DNA of 64,000 bases. Origin: Octopus vulgaris. Taxonomy: Eukaryota. Below the pieces are notes generated by a model. That model had not been told where the DNA came from and searched no databases. It worked only from the letters and a program-made list of their open reading frames with translations. This document shows, in pieces, positions 24,810 to 37,542 of this stretch. A program made the translations under genes and the position numbers. Position 1 is the first letter of the stretch. Each line of letters starts with the position of its first letter. Location: positions 95,914,001 through 95,978,000 of the forward strand of contig OX597823.1 in the NCBI GenBank assembly GCA_951406725.2, given 5' to 3'.

Positions 24810-24924
24810 TTTAATGCATCGCTACGTGCTTTTCCACAGATCACATGACTTTTAAGATCACAGTCCTACAGACTGTGATCTTAAGTCATGAGATTTGTGG
24901 AAGCGCACATAGTAATGCATTAAA
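24810..24924. repeat. Long imperfect inverted repeat (~55-bp stem, 5-nt loop)
   Basis: tttaatgcat..ttccacagatcacatgact(tt)taagatcacagtc CTACA gactgtgatcttaagtcatgagatttgtggaa..atgcattaaa. Confidence 0.9.
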
Positions 24925-24983
24925 CATTTATAAATTCCATCCTAGGATTATTGTTATTATTATATAGATATCATTGTTATTAT

Positions 24984-25360
24984 AGGTGCAGGAATGGCTG
25001 TGAGGTAAGAAGCTTGCTTCCCAACCACATGGTTCTGGGTTCACTCCCACTGTGTAACAAGTTGGGCAAGTATCTTCTATAGCTTCAAGCTGACCAAAGC
25101 CTTGTGAGTGGATTTGGTAGATGGAAACTGAAAAGAAGCCCGTCATATACATATATAGGTATTTGTGTATCTGTGTTTGTCCCTCCACCATTGCTTGACA
25201 ACCAATGTTGGTGTATTTACATCCCTGTAACTCAGCAGTTTGGCAAGTTACTGATAGAATAAGTACTAGGCTTACAAAGAATAAATCATGGAGCCTATTT
25301 GTTTGACTTAATGGTGGTGCTCCAACTTGGTCGCGGTCAAATGGCTGACACAAGTAAAAA
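24984..25360 (+). mobile_element. SINE family A, full length
   Basis: ggtgcaggaatggctgtgaggtaagaagc...gggttcactccc...ggtgctccaacttggtcgcggtcaaatggctgacacaagtaaaa. Confidence 0.85.
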
Positions 25361-25482
25361 AATAATATATCTATATATATAACCCATGCTAGCATGGAAA
25401 GCAGACGCTAAACGATGATGATGATGATCTCCAGTGACTCATACAGTGTGTCCCTCTTGGATTGTATTGTCCTGACAGCTAT

Positions 25483-25942
25483 CTTTTACTTCAGTCATTA
25501 GACAGAGGCCATGCTGGGGCACCTCCTTGAAGAATTTCAGTTGAACAAATCAACCCCAGTACTTGATTTCTTTTTTTTAAAGCCTGGTACTTATTCTATT
25601 GGTCTCTTTTTGCTGAACCACTATGTTATGGGTACATAAACACACTGACACAGGTTGTCAAGTGCTGGCGAGCAACAAAAACAAGGACTCACACACAGAC
25701 ACGTTTCGGCTGGTTACACCCGAGACTGCTCCAATCTGGCTGACCCCAAGAAAATCTAAATATATATATATATATATATGGCAGGCTTCTTTCAGTTTCC
25801 TTTTACTGAATCCACTCACAAAGCATTGGTCAACCCGAGGCTATAGTAGAAGACACTTGCCCAAGGTGCCACACAATAGGACTGAACCTACTACCATGTG
25901 GTTGGGAGGCAAACTCCTTACCACAGAACCATGACTGTGCCT
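25483..25942 (-). mobile_element. SINE family A, full length, inverted relative to its neighbour
   Basis: Reverse-complement match to family A; small foreign insert (acgtttcggc...) at ~25697-25760. Confidence 0.85.
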
Positions 25943-26304
25943 ATATTGTTTACATTTCATTGCAGTGTTGCTGCTACCACCCGACACAAACACCCCAGAC
26001 TGGGCTTCCAAAAGAAGGCCATCCAACTAGGCTAAGATTCTTTGCTCTTCTGCTACTCCAAACTAGCTAGATATATACACTTGGAACACCCATCTCTCCA
26101 AGTCTTGTGGCCCTTAGTCTTTGTGTTGTCCCCTAGCATCACACTAACCCCTGTTTCTAATTCTTCTCTTCTTAAGCACCAACTCTCCAGAATACCCACT
26201 CAGCCCACAGTCTGCATGCAAATATCAACACTATTGGTCAATCTGGCAGATCCTCACAAATTCATGGCTGCTCTCCTTTCTTCCTTATTAAACTACATAA
26301 AAAT

Positions 26305-26640
26305 ATCATCATCATCATCGTTTAACGTCCGCTTGAGGGCTGGCAAACCAGATGGCTGCACCAGGTTCCAATCTTGATCTGGCAGAGTTTCTACAGCTGG
26401 ATGCCGTTCCTAACGCCAACCACTCTGAGAGTGTAATGGGTGCTTTTTACATGCCACCGGCACGGGGGCCAGTCAGGCAGTACTGGCAATGACTTTGCTC
26501 AAATCTTCTCACACATGCCACTGACACAGGTGTCAGTAAGGAGATGCTGGTGACGATCACGCTCAAATGGTGCCCTTTTACGTGCCACCGGCACGGAAGC
26601 CAGTTAGCCACTCTGGCAACGATCATGCTCGGATGGTGCT
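26305..26640 (-). mobile_element. Family B retroposon with internal ~60-65 bp VNTR
   Basis: (CAT)n gtttaacgtcc terminus, ctggatgcc.ttcctaacgccaaccactc, and three repeats of the tacRtgccacYggcacgg unit. Confidence 0.8.
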
Positions 26641-27449
26641 ATAAAATCACCATCATTCATTGTCTGTTTTCCATGCTGGTAAAGGTTGGAATGGTTTGAC
26701 AGGGGTGGCAAGGATGGCATGGCTGCACCAGGCTCCACTTGTCTGCTTTTGCATGGTTTCTATGACTAGATGGTATGTGTGTGTGTGTATGTCTTTGTGA
26801 CCATTTGTCCCCCTCCCCCACCATTTGACAGCTGGTGTTAGTGCCAGGCTTAGAGACAAAAATAAGTACTGGAATCAATTCCTGCAACTAAAATTTTGGG
26901 TTTGAAAACAGAACCGAGAGGAATCTTTTGTCTTTAGAAAGAGATTGTCGTTAAGATAGAAAAGCAGTTGATCAGCTAAGAAAGTCAAGATAATGTTATA
27001 ATAAAAACCACGAGTCTTATTAAACACAGCTGTATTTCACAAGACTTGTGGTTTTTTTGTTAGGCTTTTATTCATACATAGATAAAGACTGGATGGTCTC
27101 AGCTGGAGAGTTTTGGGCTGAGATTAAGCAGTGAAAGAGGAAGTCAAAAGCCGCTTACTGTTCTGAATTTTTCCCTTTCACCACATTCTGACATCAGACT
27201 GCTCTTTCATGTTGCTGTTGTTGTCATTGAGGTGATTACTATATAAATCGTAATAATATCTGTCCATGTACCTGTAGGCTCATACCTGGCCACTGCTGAC
27301 TTGCTGATAGTTCATACTTAGTAGTTTAATCTCACTGGGTAATCTTTTCTTACCTGGAGAAGTCATTTAGAGGTTAGTCTCATTTAACATTGTCTCAGTG
27401 TGGCCTTCCCATTTATCAACTTATAATAATAATGATATTAACAATAATG

Positions 27450-27830
27450 ATTTCAAATTTTGGCACAAGGCCAGCAATTTTGGGGGAGGGGGATAAGTCA
27501 GTGACATTGACCCCAGTGTTTCACTGGTAACTTAATTTATCGACAGATGAAATGCCACTAAGCATTTTGCTGGTGTGCTAATAATTCTGCCAACTCACCA
27601 CTGTAGATAATTATAATAATAATCCTTTCTACTATAGGCACAAGGCCTGAAATTTGGTGGGAGGTGGAGGCAGTTGATTAGATTGACCCCAGTATGCAAC
27701 TGGTACTTAATTTATTGACCCTGAAAGGATAAGTTGACCTCGGCAGAATTTCAACTCAGAACGTAAAGACATGAAATGCCGCTAAGCATTTTGCTCGGCT
27801 TGCTAACGATTCTGCCAGTTCACCACCTTA
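27450..27830 (-). mobile_element. Two tandem family N SINEs separated and flanked by (AAT)n
   Basis: Copies at ~27450-27603 and ~27624-27829, each with ggcacaaggcc...gaccccagt...ctgcca..tcacc. Confidence 0.8.
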
Positions 27831-28694
27831 ATAATAATAATAATAATAATAATATTAATAAAACGTCCACTTTTCCATGCTTGCAATGGTCAGACAGAAT
27901 TTGTTGTGGCAGCCCTCACCCTGTGCCTAAGTAAGGTAATATTTCCCAGTGGCCAGACATGCTTTCCACAAAAGACTGGAAATGAACTTACATCACTTAT
28001 GGGACGGATATGCTTATTTACAGCCAACATAAGATGTCAAGGACAAGGGTGTACACACACACACACACACACACACACAATAGTCTTCTTTCAGTTTACC
28101 AAATCTATTTGCAAGGTTTTGGTCAGCCTGGGGCTACAGTGGGATCGAACTTAAAACCATATTTGCACATATTATAATGTATTTATTAAAAGTGAAGAAA
28201 TGTGACTCTTTCCTCCTCAAATCTCTTCAGGTTCCAGCAAGATTTTATTGACAGTTTCTTCTAAAAGAGGAAGATGATAGCTTTCCACCTCTTTATAATC
28301 ACAGCCATGGCAAGTTTATTGCAGACCTGGATGTGAACTACCAGAATGTACTTCACTCAAAAACAAGTAACTCTCTGTATGGTTGCTTGATCTGCTAGAA
28401 ATAACAACTAAATTTTCCTCATGCTATATCCCACATTAAACAAATGAAATCTAGAACTACATTGGATTTTGTAGAATGAGATGCATAATAGCTGAAGAAA
28501 AGAAAAAAGACAGGATGGTCATAAATGTAATAGTTGTGGTCAGAAGTTTCTTCAGTCATGGTTGACAAAACAACACCAATCCAGTGTCACGCTCCACTGA
28601 TTTGATGTTAATTTACCATTTCTAGAAGTGACTGAGTTGCCATCAGTAAGGTTTGAACTTATGGAATTGTTAATCCGAAGATAAATATTACTAA

Positions 28695-29030
28695 GCATGG
28701 CTGTTTGGTAAGAAGTTTGGTTCCCAACCACTTGGTTTGGGTTGTAGTGCCAGTGCGTGGCACCTTGGGTGAGTGTCTTCAGCTGACCAACAGTCTTATG
28801 AATGGATTTGGTAGATGGAAACTGAAAGAAGACCCTATGTGTGTCCATCACCACTACTTGATAGACAACCAGTGTTGATGTGTTTATATCCCTGTGATTC
28901 AGCAGTTCAGCAAAAGATACCAATAGAATAAGTGCCAAGCTTAAAATTATAAGTACTATAGTCAATTTGTTTGACTGAAAAGGGTCCTTCAAGGTGGTGC
29001 CCCAGCATGGCCACAGTCCAATGACTGAAG
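28695..29030 (+). mobile_element. SINE family A
   Basis: Head, body and tail match family A. Confidence 0.8.
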
Positions 29031-29979
29031 ATAAAAAATCCTAGTAGCTGTCCGTTACTCTTCTGCCTACACCACTACAACCAAACGAATATACATAAGT
29101 GTGTAATTATCTTGTATTTCATGATATTTTCCCCATTATAATTAACAAGGTCGAAGAGATGTTAGTATGGTGATGGTGGTGGTGGTAGCCTTCATCATAG
29201 TAGCTCTCAAGTTGGTGGTATGTGAGTGAAGACCTGTTGTCAGAGAATGTGTTTTTAATGACATAATAAAAGAAACTTTGTTCAGGGAGGAGGAAGGAAT
29301 TCTTGTTGGGTCTCCATCTTGATATCGAAATCCTCCCAGAATAACACTGAGTACTCCATTGTTTCTGGTTCACTCCTCAAACTTATGTTTATAGTTATTT
29401 TTTTTGTTTCCTTTTTTTTTCTTTTATCTCGAAGTTGCAGAGGGAGGGGATGGTCATAGCAGCAGTATGAGTGGTTGTAGTAGTAGTAGTAGTAGTGGTA
29501 GTAACAGTAGTAGTAGTAGTATGTACTTGACAAAGATATCTCTTGTCAAACATCCTTTTTCCCTGATAAGTTGTGGAAGTTGAAGATTTGCAAAAAAGAA
29601 TTTCATTACAATAAAAAAAACACACCAAAACAAAACTACAACAACAACACAAAAATGAACCCAAAGAATTTAAGAGAACATTTGCTTGCTTCCATCAATA
29701 ATGGTTTGTAAAAAGATTTAATTGGAGGAGTTTTGTTTGTTGGTCTTTTTTGTACTTTTGTGAAAGTTTTAACATTTTGACTTCCAACACGTGACATAGA
29801 GTGGCTATGAAATGAAGTTCCTGCATTGCTAATCCAAAGATCATGGGTTCAATACCAATGCAGTATTTCTACTTGGCACCATTCACTACTCTGAAAGTAG
29901 GTACCAGCAACATTCTCCACATAAGCAATGGGTGGTAAATAGGATATCAAGAACAGTTTAGGAGGGTCAAATTTTTAAA

Positions 29980-30127
29980 TGGCGTGGCTGTGTGGTAAAT
30001 TTACTCTCCAACCATTTGGTTCTGAGTTCAGTCCCACCGTGTGGCATCTTGGGCAAGTGTCTTTTACCTGTAGCCTTGGTTTCACCAAAGCCTTGAGTGG
30101 ATTTGGTAGTCAGAAACTGAAAGAAGT

Positions 30128-30173
<46 letters not shown>

Positions 30174-30390
30174 CTATGTTTGTCTCCCATTACTGCTTGA
30201 CAACTGGTGTTGGTGTGTTTATGCCTCCATAACTTAGCTGTTTAGCAAAAGAGATTGATAGAATAAATACTAGGCTTAAAAATAAGAGAAAAAAAAGAGT
30301 ACTGGGTTCAATTCATTTGTTTAAAAATTCTTCAAGGTGGTGCCCCAGCATGACCACAGTCAAATGACTGAAACAAGTGAAATATAAAAG
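29980..30390 (+). mobile_element. SINE family A
   Basis: ggcgtggctgtgtggtaa...ggtgccccagcatgaccacagtcaaatgactgaaacaagtg. Confidence 0.85.
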
Positions 30391-31694
30391 ATTGGGTAGA
30401 GACTAGTGTTGTTTCCAGAGGAAATATCTCATAACCACTCCTTATAGAAATAGGTGTAGGATGTTGGTGTTTAAGGCAACCTTTGGCTTTGTGATGTTGA
30501 GGTGTGGACTAGAATATTTCATAACCAGAATCTAAAGATTGTCTACAAAATAAAATGGTCTGCTAACTTTTAGTTCTTTCACAAACTGGTCATGTCTTAT
30601 TTCTGAATTTTCTACTACTTCTACAGTAGCCTACCTTCTAAGTATAAACTCATTCTTGAAGTGGAGGCACACATGCCTTTCCTGAACTTGATTTTTGTGG
30701 ATCTCATGTCCAGTTCCGAAGATTTATCACAAGCTCAACTCTCTAATCTTATGATCCTCTGATCTAAGAGTGTGTGACTGCAGGCAGTTTTTTTCCCATT
30801 TTAAATTTTAATTTAATATTTAACATCTAATTTTGTTTTTTCCAAGCCAACATGCATTGTAAGGCTTTCACAAATTTTGCTATTTGCATGGTGCAGGAGC
30901 AAGCTGTTGCAGCTTGATATCATTCTCACTGCTAGGCCACTCAACTGTGAAGGGCCCACTTGTCAGCCATACAGACAGAGGCAAGCAGAGTTGTGTATCT
31001 TGATTTACTCCTAAGTATAGTAACATTTGAAGTTAGTTAACCATCTTAATCTCAATGCTGTGGCCAATATAACCAGTAATCAGTTAATGACAGGAAAATT
31101 TAATTATTTTCTGATATAGGCTTCAATTTTAAGTTGATATTTAATTTGTCTCTGATTGTTAAAATTCTTTTCATTTCTGTTTAGTATTGTCATAAAATAC
31201 TTAGGATGGTTGTGCCAAAATAAGTATGAAAAACTAGAGCTATTAATAGCTGAAAATGTAGGCAAAATTAATTAATTATACGCGTTATTATGGCTTCTGT
31301 TCCTACTGATAATATTCAGTCTATTAATTATTAATTATTCTTGTTAGTAATTAGAAAAATGCATGCCAAATTTTAATCTAATTGGGTGCTGAGAATGTAG
31401 CTCCAAATTAATACCTAATCCTATAAATATGAAGTTTATTAGCTCTAAAATAAATTAGGTATTTTGCTGTTTCTGTTATTATTCAAGGTAGTTCAAGTGG
31501 TAGGACTTCTAGAGTATTAAACCAAAGGCTTTGTTCTGTTAAATTAAACCCTTGTTGTTCTGCATTTAACTCATATTTCGGCATCATCTTGTCCTTACAT
31601 TTTCCCTGGGTTGATCAAATAAGTACCAGTAATGCAATGGGATCAATTTTTCAATTGTACTCCTTATGTATTTGTTACCATGTGCCAATACTTA

Positions 31695-32000
31695 TCATCA
31701 TTGTCGTTTAACGTCTGCCTTCCCTGCTGGCATGGATCGAATGGTTGACAGGAGCTGGCCAGGCAGGAGCCTGCACCAGATTTCTGTGACCCTTTTGGTA
31801 GGACTTTTACAGCTGGATGCCCTTCCTAACACCAACCACTCAACAGAGTGGACTTAGTGCTTTTTATGTGGCACAAACACAGGCGAGGTTAGTTTTGGCA
31901 AGGTTTTTACGGCTGGATGCCCTTCCAAGTACCAACCACTTTACAGTCTGGACTGGATGTTTTTAAGTGGCACCAGCACTGGCAGGTTCACTAAGTACCT
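31695..32000 (-). mobile_element. Family B retroposon with duplicated core
   Basis: catcattgtcgtttaacgtc terminus; the ttttac.gctggatgcccttcc..accaaccac block occurs twice. Confidence 0.75.
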
Positions 32001-32629
32001 TGAAAGATGAAAAAAAAAATCTTATTAATATATTGACCTTGTGCCAAAAATTAGAATTATTATTGGATGGTAGATTGACAGAATTGTTAGAGCATTAGAA
32101 AAATGGCTGTGCAGTATTTCTTTCAGCTCTTTACACTCTGAGTTCAATTCTCACTGGAGTCAACTTTGCCCTTCATTCTTTTATTCTTAATAAAAGGAAA
32201 TACCCGTCATGTACTGGGATTAATGTGATCTACTAATCCTTTGATCTCAATATTGTTGGCCTTGTACCTATGTCAAAATTCATTAATTTGTGGAGTTGGC
32301 CTTAATACAATAGGCAAGCCATAATGTTTTCTGCTATTTCAGTGTTGTCAGTTAAATTTTTCTAGGGTCAACAATGTCTTTCTGCTCTTTGGGTTGTTAA
32401 AGCAGCTAATAATAATAATAATAATAATCTGGTCTAAAAATCAATTGGCTGTATCTCTCTCCAGCAAAGTTGGCTTTGTGCCTTGTTGTAAAAATCTCAT
32501 TGTTTTCAGTGGCATAAATTCTAGTTCCAATGTTTACAAACCAGTTTCAAGTCATAGAACTGAATAATAAGACACTGGTTGGTTCTTGTTACTGTTGTTG
32601 TTGTTGTTGTTGCTGCTGCTGATAATAAT

Positions 32630-34480
32630 TTCATATTTTGGCACAAGGCCAGCAATTTAAAGGAGAGTGGGGCAGTGTTGATTAAATTGACTGGTGCTTA
32701 ATTCTATTGACTCCGAGAAGAGGAAAGACAAAATTGACCTTGGTTGGATTAGAACCCAGAACATAAAAAAGCCAGAACAAATACTGCAAAGCATTTTCTC
32801 TGCTTTAATGATTCTGCCACTCGCGACCTTAACAACAATAATAATAATAATAATAATAATCCTTTCTACAGAAGGCACAAGGCCTGGAATTTTGGGAGAG
32901 GGGGCGGGCTAGTCGATTACATTGGCCCAAATATTCATCATTATCCAGTGTTTTAAATCTGGGTTTTGTATCCGTTAACTGGGGTGCCCAGATCTACCTG
33001 AATGTCATAGCAACAGAGGTAGGCAGGTGCAGCCCACCCCAACCTTTGGGCTGGCTGGCTGGTGCCTATTCTCCTTTGCTATTATGAGGCTTTTTTGGAG
33101 CTGGATTTTCTATGGGGAGTATGCCCTTGCTTACCCCCAACCTCAGTTTCTAGACATGAGTAGTCCTAAGACCAAGGATTCCAACATGATTTTTAAGAAA
33201 TGTGGTAGAAAACTAGCTCAGGAAGGCAGGGACGCTACTCCCTGAGACCCCTTTTGGAGCCTCCCCTACCTATTCAACTGATACTTAATTTATCGACCCT
33301 GAGAGGCAAAGTTGACCTCTGTGGAATTTGAACTCAGAACATAGTGACAGGTGAATACCTCTAAGCATTTCGTCCAGCGTGCTAACGATTTTGCCAGCTT
33401 GCCGCTTTAGAATAATAATAATTCTTTGTAATGTAGACATAAGGCCTAAAGTTTCACGGGAGGATGCTAGTCAATTACATTGACCCCAGTGTATGACAGA
33501 TTATTATTTTATCAACCATGAATGGAGGAAAGTTAAAGTCTACCTCAGCGGAATTTGAACTCAGAATGTAAAGAGAGAATGAAATGTTGTTATGCATTCT
33601 GTCTGGCATGCAAACAATTCTGTCAGCTTGCTGCCTTTGAAATAATAATCATCATTGTTTAATGTCCATTTTCTGTGCAGGCATGGGTTGGACAGTTTGA
33701 GTTTGGAGAGCCAGTGGTTGCACCAAGCTCCAATCTGATTTGGCAATGTTTCTACTGCTGGATGCCCTTCCTAATGCCAACCACTCCGAGAGTGTAGTGG
33801 GCGCTTTTTATGTGTCACTGGCAAGGGAGCCAGTCAGGTGGTACTGGTATTGGCCACGTTTGGATGGTGCTTTTTACGTGCCACTGGCATGGGGAAATAA
33901 TTATAATAATTATAATTTCAAATTTTGGCTCAAAACTAACAATTTTAGTGGGAGTGGATTTAGCCGATTACACTGACTCCAGTATTTGACTGGTACTTAA
34001 TTTTATTGACCCCGAAAGGGATGAGAGGCAAAGTCAACCTCGGCAAATTAGAATTCAGAATGTAAAGATGGATGGAATGCCGCTAAGCATTTTACCCAGC
34101 ATACTAACATTTCTGCCAGCTCACCGCCTTAATAATGATAATGGTTTAAAATTTTGGCTGTAAAGCCAGCAGTTTTTGGGTAGGATTAAGTTGACCCCAG
34201 CACTCAACTAGTATTTTATTGACTTTGAAAGGATGAATGGCAAAATTGGTTTTGGTGTTGTTTCAGATTCTGGCATAAGGCCAGCAATTTAGGGAGTGGG
34301 TATTAGTTAATTATACTGACCCCAGTATTTGACTGGTACTTTGACCTCCAAAGGATTGAAAGGCAGAGTTGACCTTGATAGTATTTGAACTCAAAGTGTA
34401 AAGCGCTAGAAGGCACGTTGCTAAACATTTTGTCTGATGTGCTAACGATTCTGCCAGCCAGCTGCTGCCTTTATTAATAA
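32630..34480 (-). mobile_element. Array of about six family N SINEs in (AAT)n, with two nested retroposon insertions
   Basis: Copies at ~32630, 32861, 33422, 33915, 34144 and 34260, all on the same strand and mostly with (AAT)n spacers. Inserts at 32938-33270 and 33648-33890. Confidence 0.8.
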
Positions 34481-35544
34481 TAATGATAATAATTGCTGAA
34501 ATCACCATCATCTACCCTGTCATTATTACTTTTATATCTTTTCCTATAAAAAATTCTAGCTAGTCTTTCTTTTTTTTTTTCACTCCCTATTTTTCGTCTC
34601 TCTACCCCTTTCACCTTTTTGCCTTTTTTTAGATTTCTATTCTTGAATTCTGTGATAGTATTCACTGTACAAATGAGTTTGACTACCTCCAACCCTAGGC
34701 TCTAATTAACCTGTCAAATGGTTCTTGACCCTGAGTCCATTATGTAATGTCAGCATTGTGGTGAATTAGTTCCACCCAAAGCATCCTGGTTTCCAGAAAC
34801 ACACAACTAAAACAGTAAATGAGACAATGACAGGTTAGTTGAAACAGCCAAACTTGTCATCTGCTTCAGATAAATACAAACTTGATAACCCACTTAAGAA
34901 AACCCACGGGTCAACTGACAATTTAACAGAATTAACAAAACAAAAACAAATCATTTAAAATTTGGCGAAGGAGAAAAAAAAGATAATGTTGAAAATGTTA
35001 AAATATATTTACAATAATGTTTTTATTTTGTTTCATAAAGAATTGTTTTCTTTTTTTTCTCATTTTCCCTTTAGTGTTACAATTGTGTTGTATAGTTTTA
35101 TACAATTGTAAAAGTTTACAGTTCCATGCTGCACCAGGGCTTGGAGTCACACACACGTGTGTGTGTGTGTGTGTGTCTGTCTGATCTATGTGTCTTGTCA
35201 TCATGTGATGATTCTAAATGAGTGCTACTATCACAGAAGCTGTTTGTTTCCAGTCTTCCTTGCAAGACATGTTTGGCCATGGAAATATTACTTTACTTCG
35301 AAATGGGTGAGGTTTGGCAACAGGGAGCGGATCCAGCCATAGAAAATCTGCCTCAACAAATTCTTGTGTTTCTATCTCAGAAATAATAGGCTGGCAAATT
35401 AGCTCAGTTGTCCAAAGTTAAAATATCCCACCCTTTTGGTAATTTTTGTTGTCTTTTTCTTGTCTTGGATCTTCTTTTGTCAGTTTTAGGAGGCTACATC
35501 TCTGTAATGTCTTTATATCTTTTTCATTTTGTTTTGAATGGATT

Positions 35545-35905
35545 GGTGTGGCTGTGTGGTAAGAGGCTTATTTCCCGGCCACATGGTTCCTGGTTCAAAG
35601 TCTTCTATAACCTCTGGCTGACCAAAGCCTTGTGGGTGGCAGAAACAGGAAGAAGCCTCTGATGAAGTCCTGGATAAAGATAAGGATATAATCTGTGTGT
35701 ATCTTTGTGTCTGTATTTGCCCCCCCCCCCACACACATACACACTTGACAACCATTGTTGGTGTGTTTATGTCCCTATAACTTAGCAGTTCAGCAAAAGA
35801 AACCAGGCTTAAAAAGAAAATAAGTACTGGGGTCAATTCATTCAACTAACAATTCTTCAAGGTGGTGCTCCAGCATGGCCACAGTCTAATGACTGAAACA
35901 ACTAA
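35545..35905 (+). mobile_element. SINE family A
   Basis: Head and tail match family A. Confidence 0.8.
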
Positions 35906-36511
35906 ATGAATCTTGTGTCATTCTGCTTCTGATGTCTGTCTGTTTTTGACGTGTTGATAATTTCCAAAGCTGCCATGAAACAAGTATTTTACACAAATGA
36001 GACTGTGTGGTCTCGCTCTTGATTTGGTTCCATTTCGTTGGACATCCTGGTTCCATTCTACTCCTTTTACACAACCGTACAAAGCTGATGTCATTGGTTT
36101 TTACTTTGAAACAATCCCTCAGAGCTATGGGATGAAGTTGGAAAATAATCTGCCATCCATAATTTAAAGTGGGATTGTGACCTAGTTTGTGATGCCCATC
36201 CGACTTCATGGGACACTGTTGACCATTTTATAAATAGTGGTTAGTAGTAGCAATGGTAGGAATTCTGTCTCTTCATATCAGTGATGATGTCACTGCTCAT
36301 TCTTCGAAAATAACCCAGTTTTGTAATCTTGGCACCTCCATACATCACTTTGCCTCATTGCAGATAAAATAAGTTCTTCGTCTCACTCTCCAACTTCCTT
36401 CTTGTCCCTTTGTTTCTTCTCTTCTATCAAAACCTCAAACCTTTCAACTTCAATTACAACATTCAACCATGCATTTTGCTCTAAATCAAGAAACAAACAA
36501 ACTGTCCCTCC

Positions 36512-36813
36512 ATTGGTTACCACGATGAGGATTCCAGTTGATCTGATCAACAAAACGGCCTGCTCGTGAAATTAATGTGCAAGTGGCTGAGTACTCCACA
36601 GACATGCATACCCTTAACGTAGTTCTCAGGGAGATTCAGTATGACAAGGCTGGCCCTTTGAATTACAGGTACAGCTAATTTTTTCTCGGTGAGTGGACTG
36701 AAGCAGTGTGAAATAAAGTGTCTTGCTCAAGGAGACAATGTGTCACTAGGTATTGAACTTGTGATGTTACGCTTGTTAGCTGAATGCCCTAATCACTGAG
36801 CTGTGTGCTTTCA
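36512..36813 (-). mobile_element. tRNA-derived SINE family D
   Basis: Minus-strand head gcacacagctcagtgattagggc...agttcaatacc followed by ccttgagcaagacactttatttcac, a typical SINE central block. Confidence 0.65.
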
Positions 36814-37184
36814 CAAGAAACAAATGTTTGTGAAATGTTACTTTTCTCTTATTTTCCTCTTTTTTTTCCTTCTTAATTTCATTTGTAACTCGCCCCCCCC
36901 CCCTATTTTGCTCACCAATATACACCCGTAAATGAACACTGAGGTGTCTGAATACTTCAGCAATATGTCAATCTGTTGCACTTTCAGTTTGAACCTCTTA
37001 ATGTCCATTTTCATCGTTTGTTTCTTTCTACCAAGAAGAGATTTTGATTTAGTTGATTTTTGTATTGACTCCTTTTTAAAGGGCCAATGAGAAATAAAGC
37101 CCCTCCCCACAAAGCTTATTTTTACCAAACTATACTCTGCATTGATTTTACTTTCCCATCACATGGCATTTCCTCTTTCGTTAT

Positions 37185-37542
37185 CTTCTGCTTGTTTCAG
37201 TCATTGGACTGCGGCCATGCTGGGGTACTGCCTCAAAGAATGAATTGACCCCAGGACTTATTCTTTCTTTCAAAGCTTGGAACTTATTCTATTGGTCTCT
37301 TTTGCTGAACTGCTAAGTTATGGGGGATGTAAACTCACCAACACTGATTGTTGAGTAGTGATGAGGAACATACACACACATACTTTGGGCTCCTTTCAGT
37401 TTCCATCTACCAAATCCACTCACAAAGCTTTGATCAGTCCAAGGCTATAAGTAGAAGACACGTACCCAAGGTGTCATGCAGTGAGACTGAAACTGGAACC
37501 ATGTGGTTGGGAAGCAAGCTTTTTACCACACAGCCACGCCTG
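37185..37542 (-). mobile_element. SINE family A
   Basis: Reverse-complement full match to family A. Confidence 0.85.

Noticed and set aside
28231-28370. Possible exon (acceptor ctcttcAG; reading ...EEDDSFPPLYNHSHGKFIADLDVNYQ...)
   Set aside because: All frames from the strong acceptor hit stops, the donor is weak and there is no recognisable homology; a non-coding exon cannot be excluded.
29119-29664. Minus-strand ORFs with His/Thr/Tyr runs
   Set aside because: Explained by (GGT)n and (GTA)n triplet repeats; no splice or homology support.
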